NCBI GenBank assembly: GCA_965178125.1
Contig: OZ237735.1
Coordinates: forward strand, 1,116,001 to 1,180,000
Origin: Bilabrum cf. latius
Lineage: Eukaryota
Direction of reading: 5' to 3'
Length of the DNA stretch: 64,000 bases
Shown here: positions 1 to 15,400 of the stretch, piece by piece
Position numbering within the stretch: position 1 is the stretch's first letter
Layout: every line of letters begins with the position of its first letter
Notes under the pieces: generated by a model
The model's input: the letters and a program-made list of their open reading frames with translations, nothing else
Told to the model about the DNA's origin: nothing
The model's database searches: none
Position numbers and translations under genes: made by a program

Positions 1-3000
1 CACAGACCCAGACACATCTCGAGTCGCATCACCGGATGCTACCGTCACACTCCCAGATGCTGCTGACACCGCAGATCCAGATGTCACGCTCACAGCGCCC
101 GACACCGAGTTCGTCGCAAACCCAGATCCCACGCTCACGCTGCCCGATGAGCCAGACCCAGCGTTCCCGCTCGACACAGACACCACGCCAGTGAAGCCGC
201 CCGTGGACACACCACTCGACACATCCACGGCCCCAGACGAACCGTCCGATCCAGACCCAGCCGCGCTGCCCACGCTCACAGACCCGCTCGTCTGCCCGTC
301 CGCCGCGCCCCCAGACTGCACGCGCACCAGCCCGCCCGTGCCGCTCGTACCAGAGCTGGACCCGGCCAGCACGTACACGGACCCGCCAGCCTCAGACACG
401 CCGCTCGTCTGCGATGCCTGCACAGACACCGACCCACTAGCACCCAGCGTGGACTCCCCAGTGCGCAGCACAAGCCAGCCAGCGTCGCCCGACGATGCGT
501 CGCCAGTCTCAACCACCACGTTCCCGCTGCTGCCGCGCAGAGCTCCGCCGCTCGACACGCTCACAGACCCAGACGCATCGCCAGACGATGTGCCGGATCC
601 CACGCTCACAGACCCAGACACGTCAAGCAACGAGTCGCCCGATCCCACGCTCACAGACCCAGACGCCGCTGACACCGCAGATCCAGATGTCACGCTCACA
701 GACCCAGACACATCTCGAGTCGCATCGCCGGATGCTACCGTCACACTCCCAGATGCTGCCGACAACGCAGATCCAGATGTCACGCTCACAGCGCCCGACA
801 CCGAGTTCGTCGCAAACCCAGATCCCACGCTCACGCTGCCCGATGAGCCAGACCCAGCGTTCCCGCTCGACACAGACACCACGCCAGTGAAGCCGCCCGT
901 GGACACACCACTCGACACATCCACGGCCCCAGACGAACCGTCCGATCCAGACCCAGCCGCGCTGCCCACGCTCACAGACCCGCTCGTCTGCCCGTCCGCC
1001 GCGCCCCCAGACTGCACGCGCACCAGCCCGCCCGTGCCGCTCGTACCAGAGCTGGACCCGGCCAGCACGTACACGGACCCGCCAGCCTCAGACACGCCGC
1101 TCGTCTGCGATGCCTGCACAGACACCGACCCACTAGCACCCAGCGTGGACTCCCCAGTGCGCAGCACAAGCCAGCCAGCGTCGCCCGACGATGCGTCGCC
1201 AGTCTCAACCACCACGTTCCCGCTGCTGCCGCGCAGAGCTCCGCCGCTCGACACGCTCACAGACCCAGACGCATCGCCAGACGATGTGCCGGATCCCACG
1301 CTCACAGACCCAGACACGTCAAGCAACGAGTCGCCCGATCCCACGCTCACAGACCCAGATGCCGCTGATACCGCAGATCCAGATGTCACGCTCACAGCGC
1401 CCGACACCGAGTTCGTCGCAAACCCAGATCCCACGCTCACGCTGCCCGATGAGCCAGACCCAGCGTTCCCGCTCGACACAGACACCACGCCAGTGAAGCC
1501 GCCCGTGGACACACCACTCGACACATCCACGGCCCCAGACGAACCGTCCGATCCAGACCCAGCCGCGCTGCCCACGCTCACAGACCCGCTCGTCTGCCCG
1601 TCCGCCGCGCCCCCAGACTGCACGCGCACCAGCCCGCCCGTGCCGCTCGTACCAGAGCTGGACCCGGCCAGCACGTACACGGACCCGCCAGCCTCAGACA
1701 CGCCGCTCGTCTGCGATGCCTGCACAGACACCGACCCACTAGCACCCAGCGTGGACTCCCCAGTGCGCAGCACAAGCCAGCCAGCGTCGCCCGACGATGC
1801 GTCGCCAGTCTCAACCACCACGTTCCCGCTGCTGCCACGCAGAGCTCCGCCGCTCGACACGCTCACAGACCCAGACGCATCGCCAGACGATGTGCCGGAT
1901 CCCACGCTCACAGACCCAGACACGTCAAGCAACGAGTCGCCCGATCCCACGCTCACAGACCCAGACGCCGCTGATACCGCAGATCCAGATGTCACGCTCA
2001 CAGCGCCCGACACCGAGTTCGTCGCAAACCCAGATCCCACGCTCACGCTGCCCGATGAGCCAGACCCAGCGTTCCCGCTCGACACAGACACCACGCCAGT
2101 GAAGCCGCCCGTGGACACACCACTCGACACATCCACGGCCCCAGACGAACCGTCCGATCCAGACCCAGCCGCGCTGCCCACGCTCACAGACCCGCTCGTC
2201 TGCCCGTCCGCCGCGCCCCCAGACTGCACGCGCACCAGCCCGCCCGTGCCGCTCGTACCAGAGCTGGACCCGGCCAGCACGTACACGGACCCGCCAGCCT
2301 CAGACACGCCGCTCGTCTGCGATGCCTGCACAGACACTGACCCACTAGCACCCAGCGTGGACTCCCCAGTGCGCAGCACAAGCCAGCCAGCGTCGCCCGA
2401 CGATGCGTCGCCAGTCTCAACCACCACGTTCCCGCTGCTGCCGCGCAGAGCTCCGCCGCTCGACACGCTCACAGACCCAGACGCATCGCCAGACGATGTG
2501 CCGGATCCCACGCTCACAGACCCAGACACGTCAAGCAACGAGTCGCCCGATCCCACGCTCACAGACCCAGACGCCGCTGATACCGCAGATCCAGATGTCA
2601 CGCTCACAGCACCCGACACCGAGTTCGTCGCAAACCCAGATCCCACGCTTACGCTGCCCGATGAGCCAGACCCAGCGTTCCCGCTCGACACAGACACCAC
2701 GCCAGTGAAGCCGCCCGTGGACACACCACTCGACACATCCACGGCCCCAGACGAACCGTCCGATCCAGACCCAGCCGCGCTGCCCACGCTCACAGACCCG
2801 CTCGTCTGCCCGTCCGCCGCGCCCCCAGACTGCACGCGCACCAGCCCGCCCGTGCCGCTCGTACCAGAGCTGGACCCGGCCAGCACGTACACGGACCCGC
2901 CAGCCTCAGACACGCCGCTCGTCTGCGATGCCTGCACAGACACCGACCCACTAGCACCCAGCGTGGACTCCCCAGTGCGCAGCACAAGCCAGCCAGCGTC

Positions 3001-6000
3001 GCCCGACGATGCGTCGCCAGTCTCAACCACCACGTTCCCGCTGCTGCCGCGCAGAGCTCCGCCGCTCGACACGCTCACAGACCCAGACGCATCGCCAGAC
3101 GATGTGCCGGATCCCACGCTCACAGACCCAGACACGTCAAGCAACGAGTCGCCCGATCCCACGCTCACAGACCCAGACGCCGCTGACACCGCAGATCCAG
3201 ATGTCACGCTCACAGACCCAGACACATCTCGAGTCGCATCACCGGATGCTACCGTCACACTCCCAGATGCTGCCGACAACGCAGATCCAGATGTCACGCT
3301 CACAGCGCCCGACACCGAGTTCGTCGCAAACCCAGATCCCACGCTCACGCTGCCCGATGAGCCAGACCCAGCGTTCCCGCTCGACACAGACACCACGCCA
3401 GTGAAGCCGCCCGTGGACACACCACTCGACACATCCACGGCCCCAGACGAACCGTCCGATCCAGACCCAGCCGCGCTGCCCACGCTCACAGACCCGCTCG
3501 TCTGCCCGTCTGCCGCGCCCCCAGACTGCACGCGCACCAGCCCGCCCGTGCCGCTCGTACCAGAGCTGGACCCGGCCAGCACGTACACGGACCCGCCAGC
3601 CTCAGACACGCCGCTCGTCTGCGATGCCTGCACAGACACCGACCCACTAGCACCCAGCGTGGACTCCCCAGTGCGCAGCACAAGCCAGCCAGCGTCGCCC
3701 GACGATGCGTCGCCAGTCTCAACCACCACGTTCCCGCTGCTGCCGCGCAGAGCTCCGCCGCTCGACACGCTCACAGACCCAGACGCATCGCCAGACGATG
3801 TGCCGGATCCCACGCTCACAGACCCAGACACGTCAAGCAACGAGTCGCCCGATCCCACGCTCACAGACCCAGACGCCGCTGACACCGCAGATCCAGATGT
3901 CACGCTCACAGACCCAGACACATCTCGAGTCGCATCACCGGATGCTACCGTCACACTCCCAGATGCTGCCGACAACGCAGATCCAGATGTCACGCTCACA
4001 GCGCCCGACACCGAGTTCGTCGCAAACCCAGATCCCACGCTCACGCTGCCCGATGAGCCAGACCCAGCGTTCCCGCTCGACACAGACACCACGCCAGTGA
4101 AGCCGCCCGTGGACACACCACTCGACACATCCACGGCCCCAGACGAACCGTCCGATCCAGACCCAGCCGCGCTGCCCACGCTCACAGACCCGCTCGTCTG
4201 CCCGTCCGCCGCGCCCCCAGACTGCACGCGCACCAGCCCGCCCGTGCCGCTCGTACCAGAGCTGGACCCGGCCAGCACGTACACGGACCCGCCAGCCTCA
4301 GACACGCCGCTCGTCTGCGATGCCTGCACAGACACCGACCCACTAGCACCCAGCGTGGACTCCCCAGTGCGCAGCACAAGCCAGCCAGCGTCGCCCGACG
4401 ATGCGTCGCCAGTCTCAACCACCACGTTCCCGCTGCTGCCGCGCAGAGCTCCGCCGCTCGACACGCTCACAGACCCAGACGCATCGCCAGACGATGTGCC
4501 GGATCCCACGCTCACAGACCCAGACACGTCAAGCAACGAGTCGCCCGATCCCACGCTCACAGACCCAGACGCCGCTGACACCGCAGATCCAGATGTCACG
4601 CTCACAGACCCAGACACATCTCGAGTCGCATCGCCGGATGCTACCGTCACACTCCCAGATGCTGCCGACAACGCAGATCCAGATGTCACGCTCACAGCGC
4701 CCGACACCGAGTTCGTCGCAAACCCAGATCCCACGCTCACGCTGCCCGATGAGCCAGACCCAGCGTTCCCGCTCGACACAGACACCACGCCAGTGAAGCC
4801 GCCCGTGGACACACCACTCGACACATCCACGGCCCCAGACGAACCGTCCGATCCAGACCCAGCCGCGCTGCCCACGCTCACAGACCCGCTCGTCTGCCCG
4901 TCCGCCGCGCCCCCAGACTGCACGCGCACCAGCCCGCCCGTGCCGCTCGTACCAGAGCTGGACCCGGCCAGCACGTACACGGACCCGCCAGCCTCAGACA
5001 CGCCGCTCGTCTGCGATGCCTGCACAGACACCGACCCACTAGCACCCAGCGTGGACTCCCCAGTGCGCAGCACAAGCCAGCCAGCGTCGCCCGACGATGC
5101 GTCGCCAGTCTCAACCACCACGTTCCCGCTGCTGCCGCGCAGAGCTCCGCCGCTCGACACGCTCACAGACCCAGACGCATCGCCAGACGATGTGCCGGAT
5201 CCCACGCTCACAGACCCAGACACGTCAAGCAACGAGTCGCCCGATCCCACGCTCACAGACCCAGACGCCGCTGACACCGCAGATCCAGATGTCACGCTCA
5301 CAGACCCAGACACATCTCGAGTCGCATCACCGGATGCTACCGTCACACTCCCAGATGCTGCCGACAACGCAGATCCAGATGTCACGCTCACAGCGCCCGA
5401 CACCGAGTTCGTCGCAAACCCAGATCCCACGCTCACGCTGCCCGATGAGCCAGACCCAGCGTTCCCGCTCGACACAGACACCACGCCAGTGAAGCCGCCC
5501 GTGGACACACCACTCGACACATCCACGGCCCCAGACGAACCGTCCGATCCAGACCCAGCCGCGCTGCCCACGCTCACAGACCCGCTCGTCTGCCCGTCCG
5601 CCGCGCCCCCAGACTGCACGCGCACCAGCCCGCCCGTGCCGCTCGTACCAGAGCTGGACCCGGCCAGCACGTACACGGACCCGCCAGCCTCAGACACGCC
5701 GCTCGTCTGCGATGCCTGCACAGACACCGACCCACTAGCACCCAGCGTGGACTCCCCAGTGCGCAGCACAAGCCAGCCAGCGTCGCCCGACGATGCGTCG
5801 CCAGTCTCAACCACCACGTTCCCGCTGCTGCCGCGCAGAGCTCCGCCGCTCGACACGCTCACAGACCCAGACGCATCGCCAGACGATGTGCCGGATCCCA
5901 CGCTCACAGACCCAGACACGTCAAGCAACGAGTCGCCCGATCCCACGCTCACAGACCCAGACGCCGCTGACACCGCAGATCCAGATGTCACGCTCACAGC

Positions 6001-6426
6001 GCCCGACACCGAGTTCGTCGCAAACCCAGATCCCACGCTCACGCTGCCCGATGAGCCAGACCCAGCGTTCCCGCTCGACACAGACACCACGCCAGTGAAG
6101 CCGCCCGTGGACACACCACTCGACACATCCACGGCCCCAGACGAACCGTCCGATCCAGACCCAGCCGCGCTGCCCACGCTCACAGACCCGCTCGTCTGCC
6201 CGTCTGCCGCGCCCCCAGACTGCACGCGCACCAGCCCGCCCGTGCCGCTCGTACCAGAGCTGGACCCGGCCAGCACGTACACGGACCCGCCAGCCTCAGA
6301 CACGCCGCTCGTCTGCGATGCCTGCACAGACACAGACCCACTAGCACCCAGCGTGGACTCCCCAGTGCGCAGCACAAGCCAGCCAGCGTCGCCCGACGAT
6401 GCGTCGCCAGTCTCAACCACCACGTT
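1..6426. repeat. Near-perfect coding tandem array, units of 696 bp (232 aa) or 606 bp (202 aa)
   Basis: Anchor GTGAAGCCGCCCGTGGACAC at 191, 887, 1493, 2099, 2705, 3401, 4097, 4793, 5489, 6095 (spacings 696, 606, 606, 606, 696, 696, 696, 696, 606). Units differ by a 90-bp block (two 45-bp sub-repeats) and a few scattered substitutions. Confidence 0.98.
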
Positions 6427-9400
6427 ACCGCTATCACCCAAGTGTGCTGTGTTTGAATGTATTCGAATGGATCCCGAGGATGCGCCTGATGCAGATCCAG
6501 ATTCAATCAGAATGCTTCCGGAGTCTTGCAACTGTGTTGATCCCGTTCCAATTTGTACATCGCCAGAGTTTCCATCTAATGCCGTGCCAGTTCTGAGCTA
6601 AACGGATCCAGAGTTACCGGAATGTGCGGCACCAGAGTCGAATAACATGTTACCTGAGTTTGCTCCAGACGCAGTTCCTGACGATATCTGCACTTGCCCA
6701 GAATTTGCTAGAATCGTGTCACCCGATGAAAAAGTTAGTGCACCGGACTGGCCAGCAGTTGCTAATCCGGAGGCAATTTCGATGTTTCCTGAAACACCGG
6801 ACCCTGCCGATCCAGATTGCACTCGGACAGTGCCAGAGAACCCCTCGGTTGAACTACCACTGAATATGTCCATGCTACCCGATGATCCATCCGTTCCAGT
6901 ACCATCGGCAGTGAAAATGCGTACTCTACCAGATGTACCAGCTGCCGCTGATTGGCCACTACCAATTTCGATTTCACCTCCATCGTTTGAAGCCGTTTGA
7001 GACTCACCAGCGGAAACGTAAACAGATCCCCCCGCGTGGCTTTGAGCTGAACCGGCTGAGATGCTCACAGACCCGGAATCTCCTCGATTCGCATTGCCAG
7101 TCGAAAGAATCAGCCATCCACTGCTTCCTGAAGTAGCTTCGCCGGTTTCAAGTAGGATTTGTCCCGACTAGGCAGATGATGAAGCACCGGTATTCAACTA
7201 AATGTCACCAGAATCACCTTGATCGGATGAACCGGTCTGAATCGTCATGGTGCCGGATGGCCCTCCGAGTGAGTTGCCCGAAACCAATGAAACTGATCCG
7301 GAGTCGCCCTGGCCTGCGGTTCCTGTCGCAAAGGTTAGTCGTCCAGAGTCCATGCCAACTCCATTGGCGTCAGCTGTTTTGACAGACACGCTTCCTGACG
7401 ATGATACACTACCGCCGCCAGATGTGATGCTGACGAGTCCACCAGTGGAGGCAGCATCCGTGGTGCTACCAGCAGCAATATACACATCGCCTCCATTGCC
7501 GGAATCAGACAGTCCACTTAGCACGGAGATGGATCCAGCGCCACCACTAGATGCTGTGCCAACAGCAAGATAAATGTCCCCGGAGTCCCCACATGTGGAT
7601 GTCCCAGTCGTTAGGCTGATGACCCCGCTGTCCCCGCTGTTAGCATCACCAGTGAAAAGGCTAATTCTGCCGGTGTCGTCCCTGAAAGGCGCATCAGGTG
7701 TAGAGATCGTAATTTCTCCGGACGATGACGACAAACCTTGACCGCTTGAAAGCTCTAGCGGTCCACCGTGCTACCCTGGCCGACGTACCTGACCTGCGGA
7801 CAAAACAAGACGCCCGCCACTGCCAACATCCCCGGAGCCAACAACGATCGAGATAGAACCAGAAGTACCGGAGTCTGCAAAACCAGTGTTCAATACAAGC
7901 GTTCCAGTATTGCCACTCTAAGTAGCTCCGGACTCGACGCGAACATCGCCGCTGTTTCCATCTTCTGCTGTCCCACTGACTATACTCATCGCCCCAGAGT
8001 CGCCACTGTCAGCTGAGCCGCTCCTGATCTGGACACCACCAGATGATCCCTGCGTGCTTGAGCCAGAAATAAGCGAGATTGCTCCCGATCCACCAGCTGT
8101 AGTGTGACCAGTAGACAACAAGATAGTGCCACTTGTTCCACTGGTCGATTGGGGTGTTCTAATCTGGATAGACCCCGAGTTCGCACCTTCCCCACTGGCC
8201 AACTCGACAGATCCACCGGTAGAAGATCCATCAGATGTGCTACCAGCAGAAATAGTAACAAGACCTCCGACGCCAGAATCAGCGGAGCCGACTGTCATCG
8301 AGATCGACCCAGCATTTCCAGACGAGGCTTGCCCGGTAAAAAGAAGGATATCACCACCTTCACCGCCGCCCGTTGTGCCAGTAGAGAGCAATATCGTCCC
8401 AGAAAGCCCACGTGCCACTGAATTAGCAGTCCGAAGCGAGATTCCGCCTGAATCACCACTGATTGCCTGACCGGTCGAAACAAGTACCCTACCACCGGTT
8501 CCGCCAGCAGTGTCTAGGGTCTGTCCGGCGCCAATTGTAACATCTCCACCGTTGCCACGCCCGGCAGAGCCCACTGACATCAAGATGCTTCCTCCAGACC
8601 CAAGAGAAGATGTGCCCGTCGTGATGGACACATCGCCCGTGTCATCTTGGGCCGCCGTACCAGTGCGAACCGTGAACGAACCGCTCTGACCGCTGAGGAG
8701 AGCATTGTGAGTCCGCAAAACAATGTTTCCAGTAGTGAGCCCTGAGCCAGACTCGACAAAAAAATCCCCACCCACGCCCGCAAACCCATCTGTTGACTGT
8801 CCGGCAGACAGGTATATACTGCCGCCTTTGCCATCAGTTGTAGATCCAGCAGTAACACTGATAGAGCCGGAGCTGTCTCCAACAGCATCCCCAGTTCGAA
8901 TGTTAATTGGGCCGGACTCTCCGCTGGATGAGGTACCAGTTTGAAGAGTCACGCTGCCGCTCTCACCAGCTAGCCCAGCATTGGCAGTTCTAATCAGAAC
9001 ATCTCCAGACGTCGAAACTTCTCCAAGGCCTGAGGAAATCGACACAAAACCTCCTGTGCGTCCTTCACCGTTCCCGGCTCGAATGATAATGTCGCCACCT
9101 TCACCATCATTCAAACCATTCCCAGCAACTGCGAGGATGTCCCCACCGGGTTCATCTGCACCCTTAGTGTCACCAGCACGAAGCAGGATGTCACCGCCAG
9201 GTCCAGAACTCGCAGTTCCGACGCTTATTATGATGTCACCACTGGCATCAACAGAACCTTCACCAGTCGAGATGATGACCTCTCCGGCTTGTCCACTCGA
9301 AGCCGTACCGGTTTGCAGAATAATGTCTCCAGACCTCCCACGCCGACCAGCATTGGCTGTTCTGATCAAAATAGATCCGCTGGTGCTGTCCTCAGATCGA

Positions 9401-12400
9401 CCGCTCAAGATTGTGACCCATCCTCCTGTGTTGAACGACGTCGCACCACCGATGATGTCCACAGCTCCACCAACGACAGCATCCTCACCAGTACTGTCAC
9501 CTCCGCGCACCACGACTCGACCACCTGATGCCTCGCCAGCGGCATCTCCTGCCCTCACAAGCACGCCGCCACCGTCGAGAGTACCATCACCCTAGCCAAC
9601 TGTTATGCTGATATCACCCCCCGGCCCACTGCGACCATCACCCGAGCGGATCGCAATTCCTCCGCCGCGCGCTTGGTTGATGTTCGAAGCAGAACCGGAC
9701 TTGATGAGAACCTCTCCACCATTCGACATGGGAGATGATGTATTTCCAGCAACTAGGCTGATGCCACCGCCAGCCCCAAAGTCAGAGGTTCCAGCTTCAG
9801 CAATTATGCTACCAGAACTTCCAAGCGTTGTGTTTCCGGATAACAACCTTATGTCCCCACTACCACCACTGTTCGACGACCCAGTTTGGATCTCGATGCT
9901 TCCGCTTGGGCCACCTTCAGATCCCGAGTCACCGGTTCTAAGGAACGCGTCGCCGCTGCCTGCAGCTGTAAGGCCGTCACCTGACTGCAAGAAAAGATCA
10001 CCTCCCCTTGATCCGTGACTGGAACCACCTTTGATCATAACAATTCCACCAGTCCCACCGTTCTAGCTCGTGCCTGCACCACCCTAGATATCAATGGCTC
10101 CACCGGTTCCGTCACGAGACGTGGAGTTGCCAGCACGGGCAACGAAGTCGCCCGCTTGGCTGCCCTCATGACTTCCAATTCGAATCTCGACGGATCCCGA
10201 CTTGTGAGAGGATGGAAGTTGTGCGCCAGGACCAGACGAGGAGCCAGTCTAGAGTATTAAACGACCCGCTGCACCATCACTAGCATTGCCGGTTCCGAAG
10301 CTCACATTTCCGGTCCTTGCAACTCCGGCGCCTGATTCGATAGAGACATTTCCTGATTGCCCGAGGAAACCTACAGTGTTGTCCCCACTGCGAATCTCTA
10401 CTGCGCCTCCTTCCTACTGTGATGCAGAGCTAGATCCACCAACGATGATTACCCGGCCACCATCGAGGCCAAGCTCATGGGAAACGTTGCCACCAGCCAG
10501 GACTACGTCACCCCCGCCACCAAGCATGCCATCAGCTGCGCCACCACCAATCACAACGCTGCCGCTCTAGACAGGTCCGGACCCAGTGCCACCATTCAGC
10601 TGCACACCTCCTCCAGCGCCACCAGTTGAGTCTCCACCTCGGAAGTCCACACTTCCACCGTCCGCACTTGCGACGTCAGTTGCGCTACCGGCAGAGGCAA
10701 CGATACTGCCGCCCTTTCCGCCAATCCCAAAGCTTGAGCCCGACTGGATCACCACATCCCCAGCAATTCCGTGTGATGTGTTTCCAGACCCGATTTCAAG
10801 TGCGCCTGACGATGCCCCTGTAGCATTTGAAGTCCCCGTACGGATAGATACCATGCCGGAGGCACCGTGCAGGGCAAAGCCACTCTCAATGGATACATTA
10901 CCAGATGCAGACCCGCGACGATCTCCAATCGCTCTACTCGCGCCACTATCAGCTCGCCCATTTGCAGAGCGTACAACCACGTCTCCAGAAACACCAAATG
11001 CTGCACCGCCCGACTACAACAGAAGTTCACCACCGGTCGAAGATCCTTCGCCTGCCTTAACAAGTACGCTGCCACCGACGCCCCCTGCTGCATTCGAAGC
11101 CGGCACATTCCCTGCAATAATATTGACAGAGCCTCCCTGACCGATAGCTGACTTGGTCGTCGAGCTGCCAGCAGCAATAGAGACGTCCGAGCCGTTCACG
11201 GCATCTGACGAGCCAACCTCGATCTCAATCGAGCCTGCGCGGGAAGACTAAACTCCGACCGCCGGTCCCGTCACAAAGCGAATAGACCCAGACTGCGAGC
11301 CATTACCACCAGTCGTACCCTGATCGACCGTGCCGGACAATCCAGTCGCAATGATTACATCCCCACTCACGCCTCCTGAGCTTGCAGCAGCCCCTGACTC
11401 CAGCCTAACACCACCACTACTGCCCTTGAGACCACTTCCGTCTGCAGTTCGAATCAATACACGGCCAGAACCGTATGCGTCACTGCCAGCGCCGGATTCG
11501 AGGGTAACTTGCCCACCCTGCCCATTCGAGGCGAGGGATGACCCACCACGAATGTCAACAGACCCAGCGACGCCGCCTCCAAGAGTAGTTGAGCCTGCCT
11601 CAATCGTTGTGTTGGCTCCATTCATCCCTGCAGAGCGACCAGCTGCAACTCGCACGTTACCGGCTCCTGCAGAGCCGAGACCATCACCGGAGCGAACATG
11701 CAACGAACCGGAGCGCACAGAAGTACTTCCTTGCTGCCGTCCTGACGACACGGTACCAGTGGCGATCTTCACGCTTCCCGAGCCGTGTGCTAGCACGCTT
11801 CCAACTACAGGCTCCTGTGACGCGGATTGAATCATAACCTCACCAGATGCTGCCTTGTCAGATGCACCTGACTCGATCGTAACAGCCCCACCCTGGCTGG
11901 ACTTCGAGCTGCCACCATTAATGCTCACAGACCCTCCTTCACTGCCCACGGCGCCAAGCCCTTCGCCACCGCGTATGTTAACACGGCCACCGCTAGATCC
12001 CGATCCAGACGCTGCACCTCCTTCAATTGAAGCGTCTCCAGCCGCAGTAGACGGAGCAGACGTGGTACCACCTAGCAGGGAAGCCGACCCACCGGGCCCC
12101 ATCAAGCTGGATCCGCCGGCCACCGTGGTATCTCCGCCTCTTGCCGGTCCCGATCCGCCCGATAGCTCCAGTGCACCTCCTGATGAGGTCGGTTCAGATT
12201 CCAATCCATCCCCACCTGATATAGAGACTGATCCGCCCAGTCCCTGGGACCCTCCTGCACCAGATACAGCACCACCTTTGATGGAAACGCTACCAGAGCC
12301 AGCCAGTCCTCCAGCTCCGGGGGCAATCTCAATATCACCAGATCGGCCCGCTTGGCCTGCATCGCCGGTGTGAATGTGCACGCTTCCAACCGTTGCAGAG

Positions 12401-15400
12401 TCTGTCGGGGCGTCAGACGAGGACACGAGCACCGTGCCAGTTCCAGTGGGGCCTGAACCAGAAGTGACGACGGCATCACCGCCCTTGCCACTAATACTGT
12501 AGCCACCTGCAACGATTGCAGATCCACCAGTCGAACCAATACCGCGAGCTTCACCACCTGTTACCGCAGCAGAACCTCCAATTGAGCCAGCATCTTCCGA
12601 TGCGCCGCCGTCGAGGCGTACTGCTGATCCCACTCCGGCTGAAGATGAGCCAGCTCCGAGAATCACTGATCCAGCCGATTCGGCTCTGCCAGACCGAATT
12701 AATACATCACCAGAGCGCCGGGATGCTTCACCTGTCGCCAGAGTCGCGGATCCAGAGAGATCCCCACCGGAACCAGTCCCGACTACGACTTCACCAGAGG
12801 GAAGCGACGGGTCTGTTGACTCTCCACTGGATACGAGAACCTTGCCAGCTACTTCACCGCTACCCGAAGAGATGACAGTATCACCGCCTCTAACAATGCC
12901 ATCTCCGGACGAAATGTGAACTGCGCCACCGGACTTCAGTCCAGATCCACCAGTCATTCGCACCATACCGCCATCGCTACTTGACGACGACCCACCTGAG
13001 ACTTCGACTGCAGATGCAGCCGACTCCACGGTGTCTCCGGAGCGAACTAACACGCCGACAGTACCAGGTTCAACCGTGAGACTTGAGCCCTGCACGATGT
13101 TAACTTGTCCTGCCGTAGCTGCATTGCCAGTCCCGACAGACACGTTACCTGAGCTCTTGCTGGGAGAATCCCCCGTACCAATCATCACACCACCGCTTTG
13201 CCCTTCGCTCGTAGCGTCATGAGTACCTATACGAACCATTCCAGATGTCTCGCTGCCAGACGCAGAACCGGAAGTGATGACGGCATCCCCGCCAACGCTG
13301 TTGCCGTCTGCGAGCGACGAACCTCCCTGGACTACGGCAGGACCTGGGGAAGATCCAGCTTCAGTGGCGTCGGCACCGCTGAGAACAGCAGCTCCGCCGC
13401 GGCCCCCTGCAGCCAGCGAACGACCGCCAACCACCTTCGCATCGCTGCCCAGCGATTGAAGAGTGCTACCAGCCGAAACAGTCACAGTACCAGCACGGCC
13501 GGCGCCGGCACTTCCAGAGGCAATCGACACATCGCCAGACCCACCCTGACCGCTTCCTGTCTAGTCGCTGTTCTGCGAGCCGGAATAAATTCGGATCTGG
13601 CCTGATCTTTGTCCGTCTTGGACTGGTGCGGACCCTGCATGAAGTCTACCCGAGGTGCTACCCTGGCCTGAGGTTGGTACAGCTCCCGAAATGACTTGTA
13701 CATCTCCACCAGTCACTGCTTGAGTTCCGGAGCCAGCAACCGACCCACCGGCAACGGTTACGCGACCACCACGGCTACCATGCCCAGTGGCTGAGCCACC
13801 AGCCACCAGAACCTCACCACCAGTCGCTACCTTGCCATCGGAGGATACATCACTTCCTGTGACGCTGACTTTGCCGCCAGCTGCCAGAGACCGGCCACCG
13901 GAAATCCTCACGTCGCCTGCGGTACCAGCGGAGGCATCACCAGACGACACATGAATGTCACCAGACGACGACCCGACCCCACTAGAAATGCCAGATGTCA
14001 CCGAAACGTTACCTGATATGCTTCTATCCCTCGAAGACACCCCAGAGCCGAGGGCTACAGACCCAGACCCTGCACCGCCAGGGCCAGAGAACAGTGATGC
14101 ATCACCAGAAATACCCTGCTTGCCGGCAGCCCCAGTAGATATTTGAACTTGGCCTGATGTACCAGTCTACAAAGTAGACTCACCAGAAACAACCTGGACA
14201 TCGCCGCCTAGCTGGGTTCCAGTGCCACCGGATAATTTCGCTGTGCCTCCAAGCCTACCACTGCTGCCACTCGCACCAACCACAGATACCGTGGCAGCGT
14301 CTCCAACAGAGTCGCCAGGCTTGATCATGATGCTACCCGCAGTCGCTGCGTCGCCAGTTCCGACGGTCACGTCACCTGACAGCTAGCCATCACCGCCGGC
14401 AGCAGCGCTGGACACGACAACATCTCCTGTGCTCCGGCCGACACCCTCGCCAACGATCCGACCAGAGCTAATGGCCACGTCACCACCAGATCCAGTGGTG
14501 GCAATACCACCGGACACCTTCACCAAGCCACCCTTTTGAGTAGCTGATGAGCCGCCGCGGACTTCAACGAGACCAGCAGCCTGCTGCGAGTCTCCAGCAG
14601 TTACGAGCACGCCACCCGATTCGTCACCTGCACCAGACGATACAGACACCGGCCCAGACTGCTTTCCTTGCCCGGACCCTACATCAACCCGACCAGATCT
14701 AGTAGTAGCAGACGCGGACACCACCCTAATGAAGCCACTGCTGAGGCCCCTACCGGACGATACCGTAACGCTGCCTCCGGGAGAATCCTGATTGGAACCG
14801 GTGCTGTCGCCAGCAGCAACAACAACCCCTCCAGGCGATGCACTCTTGCCAGTTGTAATGGTCACAGACCCAGACCCATCAGAAGCGCTCCCCGTAGACA
14901 CGGTTACGTCTCCCGAATCGTGTCCAGCAGAGCCATCCGCCGAGGCTACAGAAACAGTCCCAGAAGAGCCGGTGGACGAGCCTCCAGAGCGAACTTCAAC
15001 TGAACCACCAACGCCCGAGGTCAAACCATCCGCGCTGTCAAACTCACCACCACGGAGCACTACTCTAGATCCAGCAGACCCTGCACCAGAGGAGCCGGCC
15101 CGGACAATCACATCTCCGGCCGAACCGAACTTTGCATCACCACTTGAAACAGACACATTTCCGCTCGATGACACAATACCACTGGCAAAGCTCTCGAGAT
15201 CATTGGCTGCACTGCCTGAACCGAGCTCAACTTGTCCTGACGCAGCATTGGATGCAGCACTCGAAACGCGGACTGCGCCACTCGAACCCGTAGTGCCGCC
15301 TGCTCCACTCGACACATGTACGGCACCACCTACTGTGCCCCTCGCAGTCGAAGCCCCTCCCTGGATCTACACAATTGCACCAGCAGTATCAGATGCACTC

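Noticed and set aside
1-6426. CRISPR array or non-coding satellite
   Set aside because: Units are 606/696 bp, multiples of 3, without unique spacers, and lie inside an open reading frame.
191-6601. 2,136-aa Pro/Asp/Thr-rich plus-strand ORF, and similar plus-strand ORFs up to 24844
   Set aside because: Antisense shadow of the Gly/Ser-rich minus-strand gene. It starts at GTG, has no signal peptide or domain, and the minus frame is continuous with the signal peptide, PSI and S74 domains.
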